DNA of 64,000 bases from Camelus ferus (lineage: Eukaryota). Each line of letters begins with the position of its first letter. The stretch's first letter is position 1. Where the stretch lies: positions 54,314,001 to 54,378,000 of the forward strand of contig NC_045696.1 in assembly GCF_009834535.1 (NCBI RefSeq), in the 5' to 3' direction. This document shows, piece by piece, positions 37,690 to 50,942 of this stretch. The translations under genes were made by a program, and so were the position numbers. Under the pieces are notes generated by a model. That model ran no database searches. It was given only the letters and a program-made list of their open reading frames with translations, and had not been told where the DNA came from.

Positions 37690-38487
37690 TGTAGTGGATG
37701 CTACGGTACACACCTAAATCTTCTATTTCCAAGAATAAAACATTCATTCCCTTGCTACAAAATCTTTCTCACTGAGATATCAATTGAGTCCCTCTCCAAA
37801 TTTATGACCTTTCTTTGGGGACACCCTTTGTCCAAGGATTTGTCTGTTAATTTTTTATCAGAGTATATTTTTGAAGATAATTCTCCTGGTCAGTCTTATT
37901 CTTGCTCAGTATTTTGAATCAACCATATAAGAAAGTACTACTTTACCAAAAATGGAGATTGACTAGTACAAATTCATGGTCACTAACATACCCAGGGAAT
38001 GCATTGCTTAAATCACTATTAGGTTTGTTTTTTTTTTTTAATATATTTTATTTCACATGGTTAGGAACTAAAAATAATCATACACTAATTGTGCAGTAGA
38101 CATGTCATCAATTCCATGCATTTCTAGCTAGCATTCTAAGAGCATGTCCTACAATACTCAAATGGTCGTGGGATGGAATGGGGAGGGTCACTTTCTTCAG
38201 GTCTCTAGTGGACTGGGCATCTGGGGACCACAGGCATGGGCAGGAAGATGGTATTTCCAAGCACATATCGGGCAAACATTGGCTTTTCCCTACAGCTACC
38301 TGGGTATGAACTTCTGGCCCCAAATGGAGTCAGCTGAGGCTGCTGTGGTAAATGGCTTGTGGTTCAACTCCTCCCTCTGTCCAAGCATGCTTCCTTCACT
38401 CCCCACAGGTGTTGACCTCAACAGCACTTCTAATAAACTTTGATCTTTGTCTTAGAGTCTGCTTCTTAGGAAACCAGACCTGCAATA
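37690..38487 (+). mobile_element. ERVL solo LTR, LTR16-like, with an AT-rich internal interruption (about 37830-38110)
   Basis: tgtagtggatgct start; aataaac...agagtctgcttc...acctgcaata end; near-TSD gcatt/gtatt. Confidence 0.8.
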
Positions 38488-40479
38488 GTATTTCCACAAT
38501 TTTAAGTTTAACTTGCATTGTTTCCAACAACAGTATGTTGTTTATTTTTTTCACATACTCATTTGTTCATTATTCATACACCTCAGCCATCCATTTATCT
38601 ATTCATATATTTCTTCATTCCAAAAGAAGTATCTTTTGAGTAAATTTAACATATATGTATAAGGTAACAGGCTGGGCTCCACAGGGACAGACAATGTATA
38701 GATGCAGTCCTTTCTTGGCCTTTAACTTAACATAGCTTATAACTGAGCAAGTAGGATTGGATGAGTACACTAGTACATCAGCAATACTAGAGAATATGGG
38801 AGAGATGGAGGAGGGGAGGGAAGGGTGTGGGGAGAGAGAGAGAGAGAAAGAGAGAGACGTACACACATACATAAAGGAACCCACCTAGCACTGAACATCA
38901 TTGTAGGAGTGTGTGTATGTATGTGTGTTTGGTGTGTCATAACTTCTTAAAGAGATAATTCCCTGCTGCTTTTCTGCTGCATCATGCTATGTAGACTAGC
39001 TTATTTTTCCTCTACCTATGACATTACATTTCTTCCCACTTACAACTTCTTATGGATTATACCTTTTCTGTATGCAACCTTAGACCCTTATCTAGCTTCC
39101 TATCCTCTTAGGAGTTTCAAGTGTTTCAAATTTGATTTTATGCCTGAAAGGTCTTGAAACCTTTCTTTCCCTTAAGCTTCCTATTAATCCATTTTCTCTC
39201 TTTGGATTTTTCTCTATCATGTGAAATTTGAAGAGAATTGATATCTCCAATGAAAATGCCATGAGGGAGGGGTTGGTAGGAAGTCAGACCTTAAATCTGT
39301 GTTCAAATCTCTCAGGAAGTTGTGGTAAGGTATTGTAGTTTTCATAGAGAAGAGTTTAAGATTAAAATCCAATACTCATTAAAAATGCTCCAATTTTAGT
39401 AAAATAAACTGAAATAAAAAACAGAAGCTAAATTATCTCTGTTAAGAATAAACCTTTCATCAATGCAGAGTTAGAATTATAAACAAAAAAAGAATAAATG
39501 AAATAAAATATTTAGCCTGAACCAGCAGAATTTTAAGTATGATCAACAACATTACAGTTCAAATTTAATGAATTTTAAAGCTTTCAGGATATGAAATATT
39601 AAGTGCAAATCATAATTGTCAATCAGTCAAATGGTATCTGTTTCCACTGAGCTCAAGATGCTAGGTTTGCCCTCAAGGGTAAGAAAACCTAAGAAATGAA
39701 GTTGTCTGGGGAATGACTGTTAACAATGATTTCATAAATCCAAAAGGAATTTACAGCTGCTACTGAATTCGTCAATGATGAACCACAAGTATCTAGAATG
39801 ATCCCAGGTACCAAGTAGGTACTTAATAAGTATCTGTGAAATGAATGAATATAAATATCAATGAATAATTCAGTTATGTTCTAGGTTACTTCAAATATAC
39901 TACAAATGCAAAGTCGAATCCAATAAACTTTTTCACTGCTATTTCTAACTTTTTTTTTTTCTTTTTCTGATATTCTCCATGGTGGTACTTCACTGAGATA
40001 TTCTACATGCTTTCCAATTAGGTGTCCAATTGGATGTCTGGAAACAGTCTCAAGTAGAGACATGATATTTTAAATTACATTCATTTTAAATGAGAAAATA
40101 TTTTAACATTCCATTATTATATTATCATCTTGATTACTGAAGTGGCTGTTGTGATAGGGTTGTTTCATATTTTATTTGACCAAATGCAAATTAAAGAATC
40201 ATTAAGACATAATGAGATATGCTTAAGGGATGAGAGAGAGGAGAGGAAGAGGAGAAATAAATATAATAAAGTGCATATTTTCAAGTTACTTGAATAATTT
40301 GATACCTGTGATTTGGGTTGTCACATGAAGTGATGAAATTAGCACGGTACTGAAAATTTTTCATTGCAAAAAAACACTCCTACTTAATTTTTTAGTTTAT
40401 AAAACTAGTGATAGACTCTTTCCTAATAATAATCCTTCTTCTGAAATATCATCAACTTACGCTTTTAAACCACTATAAA

Positions 40480-41295
40480 ATTTTTAACTTTCTTCATGGA
40501 AAAGACTTCTTGAATCTGGCCCCTGATTTTGCATCTGAGCTACCCTCTTTTTCTTGCTACCTCTCCATTGCAAATTGTATTAAGAAATAAAAATTATACT
40601 TAATTAGGAATATTTTCCCTCTTAAGTGAAATCTGAATTTAACATCCAAGACATCATAATGCACTAGGTCATGATTCAATAAATATTTGTTAAATGTTTA
40701 ATAAATCACCAAGGATCATGTACTTATAACATTAAATATGAGTGAGTTACTGTAAAAGGGGAAAAAAACACACTTTTTTGGCTGATGCCATCAAAATTAT
40801 AGCATTAAAATAAAGACTACACATTAGTAAAAGTCTGCATGTCTCTCATTTCACACCACAGTTTAATATTTATACTCTAGTTGTACTAAGCTCCCATAAT
40901 ATATAAGCTCTTTCTTCTACTTGTTTGCACATGAAATTTCCTCTGCCTGGAATGTCTTTCCCATTCCATGCCCACAATTTGTCTGTAATTTCTGCTTCTT
41001 TTACAAATCTCAAGATAGAAGTCATACCTTGGAAAGCCTTAGCAGACACTCCCACCCTTTTAGAAGATCTTCTAGTATGCTGCTACATTGCCTTACACAT
41101 ATCCCTACACAAATACTGAGATGGCATAAAGAAACAAACATGAATTGTTTCTCTTTCCTTTAAAATTGTGAGCTACTAAAAAGAAGGAACTGCGTCTCAT
41201 TCACCACTGTTTTCCCTCCACATAACACAGAGCTTGGCACTGGAGGGTGTGTAGGTCCTTGATAAATATTTCTGGATTGACTGACTGACTAAATG
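40480..41295 (+). mobile_element. L2 fragments
   Basis: tttcctctgcctggaatgtctttcc...attgtgagct...tctcattcaccactg...ataaatattt. Confidence 0.8.
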
Positions 41296-41529
41296 ACAAT
41301 ATTCACTCATTTATTACATGCCAATTTCCTTTCGTGTTGCTACAGTCCTACCACTGCATGCTACCTCTGGGAAGCTAACCTATGAAAGTGAAATGTTAAC
41401 ATTTCATGGCAGGTAATTTTTACTTTAATACCCAGGGTTTAGATACTGACTTCTTGCTAGAAAGGTCACTGCCCTAAACTATAAACTGTTAAGTTTATAG
41501 TTGACATCTTGGAAAATTTCTCCAGAGCA

Positions 41530-41990
41530 TAAAGAGACCCTAGAAAAATATTCATTGAGGCACTGTTTATAATAGGGAATTGTATGGATAGCCAAATAAA
41601 ATGTGTTATATCCAAATTATGAAATGCTATGTAACAATTAGGAATAGCCAGGTAGATTTAAGTCTAACAAACTGATGTCCTACTATCGAAGAAACAAAAG
41701 CAAGAAGCCAGCACATACTTTGAGTACAATACTTATCTTAAGACATATCTTAAAATTGCAGTATATTTCTATGAGTACACTTATGATAGAGGCATATGAC
41801 CATGCAGAAAACAGTCTTTGAGGACTCATATCAAACTGAAATCAATGGCTCCATTAGAAAAGGAAAGAGGGGACCATGAATGAAGTTTTAAGTCATTTAT
41901 TTGCAATGTTTTATTTCTTATCTGTAATGTCTTCAGTTTTTTCAAAGAAAGTTTTTAGTCTTTAGAATGGATTTTAAACACACTGAATCT
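41530..41990 (+). mobile_element. Old L1ME-like 3' fragment
   Basis: tattcattgaggcactgtttataatag...gaaatgctatgtaacaatta. Confidence 0.7.
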
Positions 41991-43054
41991 TGATACATTT
42001 GAAAGACAAAGAATATATACTATGTGAACAATTGTGCAAAACTAATTACCCATCTATCATATTATAGAGGTAGAATGCTGAAAACTAAAATTTGCCATGT
42101 AATAAACAGACGAAAATCAAAATATTTTTCTTTTCGTATAAGAAAAAAAGTACTAGTTATCTTCTATTATGTCAGGGATGGGTGGAGAGTACGAAGAAAC
42201 AAAAATTACATAACAGATCAAAAATATGGAAAGAACCATGGATTTAGAACCTGTTGACATGAGGGCCACCCCACCCCTGGCTCCACCAGATCTTGACCAT
42301 GAGATCTGGGTGTGTCATAAACTCCAGTGTATCTATTATCCTAATCCTTAAAGTGAAGGTGAGTACCAACCTAGTGGTTATCAAACCTAGAAGTCACGGT
42401 GCTCTCGGAGAAACGTAAGAAAAGATTATTATATTGAGGACCATGCTGTCATATTCTGCCTTATGATAAATTATAGTGCAGATAAATAATAATATGGAGC
42501 ACACTTACTTGTTTAATTATGTGTTTCAAAGCTTCTTCTCTCAGTAGACTTATTTGAGTGGGGTCATAGAATGTGTTTTAGTCAATTTTGTACCTATAAC
42601 ACTTTTCATGGTACATGGGGTATGAAAGGCAAAAAAAGATCACAGGAGAAAAGCTTGAAAAAGGTTCATTCTGTTTGCTAGACTTAAATGCCCCTCTCTC
42701 ATGCAGGGAATACAACCATTATTTTCTTACAGGAAATCTATAGTTGGTTCAACTCCTAGAGCACAGTTAGGAACTCTGGTTATGATGACCTTTCAGGATC
42801 CTGCTCCGCTAAGATAACACCCATACAATTTTTATTAACTGTCTTGGAAAGCCCTCTCTCATATCTCTTGAGGAAAACAGGCTCTCATCAAGATGAATGA
42901 CAACAGAAAAAAAAATCATGTCTCTAAACACTTAATATCAGTTTCAATAAATACCCTGAATTCCTTAAAATATTCTCATTCACTTGCATAATTTCCTGTT
43001 ACCTTAAACCAGCATAACAAGTACTCTTATAAAGTAGACGTACATTTCTACTTG

Positions 43055-43285
43055 GTATAACATGGACTTTGGAATCAGTTTACTTAGGTTTGACTTCTAG
43101 GTCTACGTAAACTCTGATCTTGGACAAGTTACTTTATACTTCTATGCCTCAGTTTCTTTATCTCTAAAATCAGTATAAAAATACTGACCTCAAACCCTTG
43201 AGATAAGGTTTAAATCAGTTAACATTTGCAAAATGCTAAGAACACTGTCTGACCCAAGTAACTGCTATGCAAATATTCTTTGAAT
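43055..43285 (+). mobile_element. MIR
   Basis: gactttggaatcag...tgatcttggacaagttactt...tgcctcagtttctt. Confidence 0.88.
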
Positions 43286-43729
43286 AAGAAACAAATTCCC
43301 TACACTTTTTTTTAAACCAGATTGCATGACTACTCAGTTTCAACAAAGTTGGCCAAGATTAGGTCAATGTCATTCAAGAAAAATGTCCTTAGTTACAAAT
43401 AGCAGGGAAACCTTTGAAAGAGTAACGGGAACATATGAATGAGCACAGACATATTAGTGATGTAAGTGTCTGCAGAGAAATTGGAACCAAGTGTTCCCTG
43501 GGTGGATGAGTAGTTCCTTCATGTCCACAAATGATTCTGTCATCTTGGAAGACAAAGCACACGGTAGACTATATGACACTTGGTAAACATTCATTAAATG
43601 TTTGTTTAATTTTAATTAACTAACTATTAGTTAACTAGTATATGAAATAGTTGTTTGACTATAAACAAGTCACTTGACATCTCTAGGCTTCTGTTTCCTC
43701 AAGGGAAAAACGAAGAAACTTAACTAAAT

Positions 43730-44022
43730 CAGTATTCCCTTAATTATGTTCAACTAAAAACTGGTTTCCTAGAGTTATTAATCAGTGCCCTTGAGAAGAT
43801 ATCCATGCTAGAATAATGTTTGGGGAAGCTGCATGCTATTTCCTTCTCCTGTGTTCACAAACACAGTGGTGCAGTAGACATTGTGAGATGTTTTACAATA
43901 AGGAAATTTGATTTTTCTTACTACTTCCCAAATTTGATTGACAATGGACTCCTTTCCTTTGGTTTCTATTCTATTAGTATCTCACAGAGGTAGTGCTATT
44001 CTGAACAAAAATGGAAAACATG
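43730..44022. mobile_element. hAT-Charlie MITE (MER112/MER119-like)
   Basis: cagtattccc...tgttc start; internal inverted tttggggaag and cttcccaaa; gaaca...ggaaaacatgg end. Confidence 0.6.
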
Positions 44023-45239
44023 GCTACTCAACGTTTAGTCTGAAGACCAATGCTAGCCTGGAAATTACTAAGTACAAAAATTGAGAGTAGGCATTTAAAA
44101 CCTTTTATAGCCATTTGATAGAATAATACTTTTGTCTGCTCAACCTAATAATAAAAAATTAAGGATTATATTTTCTATTTTCCCTTCATGGCTTTTTTCC
44201 TTACACGTTCATTTGTATTAGATTTTACTTAATCCATTATGTGCTGGAAATTAAAAAGGAAAGAAAAAGAAAATGGGTTCTTCACCTTAGACAGTTTGAG
44301 AAGTATTGACAAGATGAACAACAACGTCATTTCCAAATCTTTTATGTTATGTATCTTCCTATTGTTTCCGTTAGAGAGTCTACTAATATAATGAGTCCTG
44401 TGTTCTACCCAAAATTTTTATCAGAATCTGTAGAGTTACAGGGAATCTATATTTCTACAGCTTCCCAGGCAATTCTGACCATACTTTGAGAAACAATGCC
44501 TTACATTGTGAGCAACCTGATGATAAAAGCTGTATTTTATTTATCTTTGTTTCACCAGTGATGAATCCACAGAAAAGAAATAGGTTTGTGAAATGTGGAA
44601 ATGAGAAACCTCTGGTAACAGAATCGAGTGTCTCATTAGTATGAGACTTTTGAGTCCTATGTTCATGGATAAATTAGAGTTAATCCAAACTAGAAACAAA
44701 CTACTACCAGACTAAAAAACCAAATCCTACTCATCAATTGTCAGAAAGCAAAAAATGTAATTCTCCAAATACTGACACTTAGAGCTTGCTTCATATTGCA
44801 GTTATTTTGAAGTAGGCAGGGTTTCTGACATGATCCTTGCAGAAATGTCAACCAATTTTTTTATCCAAGCATTAGCACCATAATAGCAATAGATTCAGCA
44901 AACAGGTCTCCAGTATTACAATTTAAAATTAAAATATCCTCTTGTTCTATGTCTTAGCCCACACTACATTCATCATATGGATACAAATATTTTAAACCTT
45001 TTGTTAAAAGATATTTTTACTAGTCCTCGTCCCTCAATCAGTTTAGCATCATTTGGGTATTTAAGTACGATGTCTTCATGTTCATATCTACAGAATGCTA
45101 ACTGTTTAAAATGCAGGTTGACATGTTGTTTTCTTATTTTATGTTGTTAATAAGGCAAGGAATGTATGTATGTGATTACTGCCTTACGGTATTGTACGTT
45201 TGTTTGTTGAGAAGAATCTAAATCCTGATCACAGTCATT

Positions 45240-45410
45240 CTCTATCCTAGATTACATCTTGGAATCACTTGAGATATTGAAAAATCTGATACCTGGGTCC
45301 AATACCTAGAGTTTCTGATTTAATTCATCTTTGGAGTGGCTTGAAAATCAGAATTTTTGAAAGCTCCCAAAATGGTTCTAATATATAACTAGGGTTGAGA
45401 ACCACAAAAC
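45240..45410. mobile_element. MER5A-like MITE
   Basis: ggaatcacttgag...tctgatttaatt...aagctccc...gggttgagaaccac. Confidence 0.8.
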
Positions 45411-46914
45411 TGACCAAGTGCAGCTCCTCTCAGACAAACATATAGTAATTATGACATCTTGTACTCAGGCAAATGCAAAGATTTAAACTGACATGGAGAA
45501 GGAATACCTGTGGGCCCACTGTGAAGGGTTCTTTTATTCACTGAGGGTTAAGAAAATGGATGCTGTTCAGTTTTAAAAGAGAAATATACAGCCCTCTATA
45601 CATTCCTCACACTCTTCCTTCTGCACAGCCTCAGTAATCATTCCTGCTCATCAGATTCAGGTTGTTTATAAACAATAAGGAAAAGTTACAAGACAGTAAA
45701 AAAGAGACCACAGGGAGAAGGGAAACAGAGTGAGAAAGAATGTCTTCATTAAATTGCTTTTAAAAACCCAAATAAAATAACTAAAGAAACAAACATACAA
45801 AAACAAAACAAAACAAACAAACAAACAAAAACACTTACTGCTCTCTTAGCCTCATGTCCTACTGTCTAATTTCCTGTACCATCTGGGTCCCAAAGACATG
45901 AATTACTTTTCTTAGGGTTAGACCTTTTCACCTCTAGATATGGCGAAAATGTCCTGAAGGGAGGGGAGGATGATGGGAAATGTATAATTTTGGGGGCAAG
46001 AAGGGCTTGCTGTCTCTTGCCTTTTCCCATGTAGGTAAGGATAAGAGAATACTTCACATCCAGCCAAACAATAGCCTGTGACTTTCTTCTGTACACAGAG
46101 GTCACATCTCCAGCTCTAATCTTCTTTCATCTGCACTGTCATTTCATTAAAAGAATGGTTTCCACCTCAAGTCCCTGTTCCTGTATAGAGTTAGGCCTGA
46201 AATGCGTCAAAGTCTTAAATAAAAAAATATATATATTAAACCTTGTTTAATATGTAGGAAAGCATCCATTTTGATTAAGAATATCTTATATCATAATCAA
46301 ATAAAGTTATAGCTGAAGGACAATTTGTTCTCTGGGGTATTGCTTCTTTGAGTCCCAGAAAACACTCCTGTTTGTTCTAATCACCTCCAAATTTACTTTG
46401 ATTTGCAAATTCAGAATACTTTTCGTAAACAAACACTGACAATGAATTAACAATACTGTATGACCCCTCCTTTCATTGTACGAATATTTTTTCATGCTCA
46501 GAATATGTTTGTATCCCCTTTACATATTTTACTTCAGATCTTAGTGGGTAACCTTGGGTCTTAGTAACTTGTACTTTATGTCAAACTCCTTTATTTTTCT
46601 TGATATTTTTCTCAACTATAGACAATCTCTGTCAAATGAGGAAAGTAGAGGATGCCCAGTTAAGTGGTATTCTGTCCAAAAAGAAATACTTCTCTATCTT
46701 TTCTACTTCCTACCAGTAACTAACTTTCTAGGTGACTACGAGGCAAAATACACAGCATGAGAATTTGCTGCCAGCATTACTCAACTCTGCCATTTAGATG
46801 AATCAAGTTACCTACGGAACTTACTTTAAGGAAGATTATTCTTCTGTTTCAATCGATTTCCTCATTCCTCACTATCATCAAACAATATTCTTCTTAAATT
46901 GATTTTTATTTAGT

Positions 46915-47200
46915 TTTCATTCAACACACCTTAGTTGAGAACTACCACACGACAAGCATCATCCTACATGCCACAGAATTGTCTACACTCATGATCTCAA
47001 CTGTCAAAGAACTCACAGCCCATCTGGGGAGAAGTAAGAAAACTAAGGCTTACAAAGAGCTAGACTGACAGATGGCCATAGGACTGCAGCAGAAGGTGGG
47101 GTGGGGGTGGCCAGATAATGCACTTTGGATGGTGGGAGAAGGGGAAGGAACAGCCAAGTAAGACTATCCAAAGAGGGTGTTATTTGAATAGAAGATATCT
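46915..47200 (-). mobile_element. L2 fragment
   Basis: ttcattcaacacac...ttgagaactac...aagaactcacag. Confidence 0.6.
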
Positions 47201-47819
47201 GGTCAGTGTAGAGGAACATGTATGGATGGTATAGAGTTCCCAGCAGAGAAAATCCAACAAACGTAAGATCCCTTCAGTGTCAAAGAATGTAAGAAAAATC
47301 TGCTTGCAGTAAAAATTACCCATGGAAGTCCCAAAATTTTTGCATGAAATGTAACATATATTTTATTTTCATTTATATCATCCTGTATAATAACTTTAAC
47401 ACATTTAAGTTTGAAAACCACTGAACCAAATTAAAGGAAGTCACAAAAGGAAAATCTACATGAGGTATCTTGAGATTCAAACCATTCTGCATTTAGGTGA
47501 CTATTATGTCAAACCCTTGGTGACAAATGGAGGACAGAAGGGCAAGATCTTAATTATTTCTAGCTAACAGCCACTCTATGTTGATATTAAGACTCTTTTA
47601 CCTTAATATATGCTAAAATGTTTGTTATGCAGACTAGATGTTATACATACAATCACTTAGCACAGGGCCTGACTAATAGTAATACTTTAATATATTTTAT
47701 TTTATATTTAAATCCAAGTCTTGATTGATCAGGCTCATCTACTTGGCCACCAACTTCTGATTCCAAGTTGAAATTTCTTAGCATGGCCTTATCAAGTAGC
47801 TATCCCTGCCATGATCTGA

Positions 47820-48540
47820 GGAAGTGATCTCAAATTACAAGTAACTCGATTTCTAAAGAGAGTATGTGAGACACATTGGGGCACAACACAACTCTGACAG
47901 GGTCGTCCCCAGAACAGAGGTTTCCAAGCACCATCTTGTAGAGAACTCGAAGCAATTCCACAAAGATGGGTACAAAGTACATCTGGAGGGCAGGAGGAGA
48001 GATGGGGAGGGAGGACCTTGTGTCATGTTAAGGAATGAAAATTTATCCTAGGTCTTTGGATAATTTTAAGCGAAGGAGTGACATACACATATTTTGTTTG
48101 AAAAGGTTACTTTGGTGGCTATGTACAAAATGGTTTAGAGATAAGCACCACTCACATCAAGGAGAAAAGTAAGGGGCCTTCTAGGATAATCCTGGTGAGA
48201 AATTCAAAGGGACTAAATCAAGTCTGAATCAGGAGGAATGGAGCAAAGAAAATGGAACAGAGATATTTAGGAGACAAAGAAACTAGGGTTGATTTTTTTT
48301 TATTGGAAATGAAGGTTTCGGTATGAAGCGATGAATTCAGTTTTGGCCATTCTGATTTTGAGTTTCCTGTGAGCTATTCAGACGGAATTGTTCAGGTGGC
48401 AATTGGACAAAAAGGTCTGAAGTGTAGCAAAGAATTCCTGGCTAGAGATACAAATTTCAGATATATTAACACATAACCAGACAGAGAATAGAGGAGAGTT
48501 AAAGACTGATCCCAGGATAGTGCCAACATGTAAGGAATAA
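47820..48540 (-). mobile_element. L2 fragment
   Basis: ttttaagcgaaggagtgacat...agagatatttaggag...gatgaattcagttttgg...ggctagagatacaaattt. Confidence 0.82.
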
Positions 48541-48969
48541 AATACAATGACAGCACAAAAAGTGAATGGGCCGGAATTTTTTTTTATTTTTTAACAATAC
48601 AAAGAACACTTGAGTATATTTATAAGCAGAAAAAACTAACTACTTTCTTTTAAAATGTATGTGAGAATATAGCAAAACTTATGAACCAAGGTTTTAGAAG
48701 AGATAGGCGTGCATGGGACACCCCTCCTACTCTACAGGGTCACCCTAAAGGCAGGTTCTACTCTTGGATTAAATCACAACCCTTCCACCATAAATATTTG
48801 TTAAGTGAAATCCCATAACTTATAGCAGCTTTTAAAAGGAACAGGTGACATCTAAGGGTAGCAGGAAACAGGAAAAATGTGTGTAAATCCAGAAAGACTT
48901 GTCTTAAGACATTGGCTTTAAATGGTTTGATTCAGTCAAAGTGTAAATAGCATTAGTTTGAAGCCCCAA

Positions 48970-49389
48970 GTGTGGCACTCAGATGTACTTCTAGAGAACT
49001 TGCCTTTTTAGAGAATAGACTTGACTGCCCTCTCTGGCTGCTACCCCTTTGAATCAACCACTTCATTCTTGCCAAGGCCACCTCACCTCCAGGCTCTTCC
49101 CAGCTGATGCATGAGCAGAGCAGGGATACAGATTCTGACCCATCACTACTGGACTTCTCTAACAGGCAACTTTTTGGTTTCCACCAGCCCAGCCAAGATT
49201 TCTCCCAGAACTGTGCTGCAGCCTAGAGCTCTTCCAACAAAATCTTTCCTCCTGAGTCTCCTTTCAGCACTGCAGACAGAAAGCCGACTCCTTTTTTCCC
49301 TTTTATCCACACAGGCCTTTCCCACCTAAATCTCTTGCACTTCCAATCCTGTCTCGACACCTCTGCTTCTAGGACGACTTGAATTGACA
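48970..49389 (+). mobile_element. ERVL LTR16-family solo LTR
   Basis: 3' end taaatctcttgcacttccaatcctgtctcgac...tgcttct...gaattgaca; 5' boundary uncertain. Confidence 0.7.
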
Positions 49390-50678
49390 CCAGTGATTGC
49401 TCTGATGGCAGAGATTTCAAGTTAACAAGACAGACAAAGCTCCTATTTCCAAAGATACTACAGTTTGTTGGTTTTTGATAGAGTATCAGTGTCTACATCT
49501 TGATTCTACTTTTAGTCCCTGTGGACAGAGTGATCTACATCTCCTTCCTTTTTATTTCTTTTTAAACTCGTTGCTTTGATATTGGCATACCCGAGGATTC
49601 CCAGGATGGCTTGGTGCCTCTTTCAATTTAACTTTATACTGTATCCTCTGCACCCCTGCCAAGAACAGCACCGTTATCCCACATTTATGAACAATCTCAT
49701 CATTTATATCTCTCAAAGCTACCCCTTGGCACTGTGGCAGAAAGTGAGTCATCACACACCCATGAAATCTAAGATGATTCTGAGATAATGCAGTAAAAAT
49801 TAGCCATCTCACACCTTACCCCTCACTCTTTTTCATTCTGGCTGTCTGCCCCAGGCTGACAACATGCGCGCATGTCACTTTCTGTCTTTATTCTAAATTG
49901 CATCCTGAGACCAGAATGCCTCGACACCCGCATGCCTCTCATCAAAATCCGAACATTGCTTTAAAATGCATGAGTCATTTTATTCACATCTTGGGTTCTG
50001 TTTGGGAAAATGCTGATCCTAGAAAACAGAAAAAGTCTCATTTCCTCTCTCTCCTTCATTTTCCACAATGTTCCATAGCCTATACAGCACTTCTGGTCCA
50101 CCCTTCATACAGCTGATGGCTTCACAACACTTCTCAGTCACAAAGGCTCAACAATTGCAGGAGCTGGCGGAATTATCGCTTGATCGGGTGGACACAGGCA
50201 CGGACTCTTTTTCAAGTCCTTAAGGTCTGCTACCTTTGTGGAGAAACATTACTCCTTTGGCAGTACATGTGGAGAGGAGAGGGAAGAGAAAAGGAATTAG
50301 GGTTAGATTGGGAGGAGGAATAGGGCAATCTCTCTGTGGGTGTATATTGACCCATCGTCTCTCCTGGATGCCACAATCCATTTCATTTTCTCCTTTGGCT
50401 CTTGTAAAGCTTTATGAAACACCCCAAACAATCCATTTTGCAATAAAATGCTGTCGCATTCCCATATTATTGTCTGTAGCTCACTTTAAACTCGACCTCA
50501 CATCAAAAGGGAGTAAAGCAAGTCAGCTGCTACATCCCAGTGGATGCTCTTAGGTTGTCTTCAGGGCTTAAAAAATGTCCCTGAAAACCACATTTTAAAA
50601 CAAAGTGCATCCTGTATCAGTGGACATGCTTCAATAAATTGGAGTGCCACTGCAGGCCTCCTTAGAATGCAAGCACTA

Positions 50679-50813
50679 CTAAATTGGGAGTTTGGGATTT
50701 GCAGATACTAACTACTATATATAAAATAGGTAAACGACAAGTTGCTACTGTATAGCACAGTCAACTATATTCAATAGCTTGTAACAGCCTATAATGAAAA
50801 AGAATACAAAAAG

Positions 50814-50852
<39 letters not shown>

Positions 50853-50942
50853 GTATACCTGAATCACTATGCTATACACCAGAAATTAACACAACATTGT
50901 AAACTGACTATACATCAATTTAAAAAAATCTATATTAAAAAA
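50679..50942 (+). mobile_element. Young 5'-truncated L1 3' UTR (cetartiodactyl type) with a perfect 15-bp TSD and internal (TA)n
   Basis: gggagtttgggatttgcagatac...actgtatagcacag...acaccagaaattaacacaacattgtaaactgactatac; TSD agaatgcaagcacta at 50664-50678 and 50943-50957. Confidence 0.93.
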
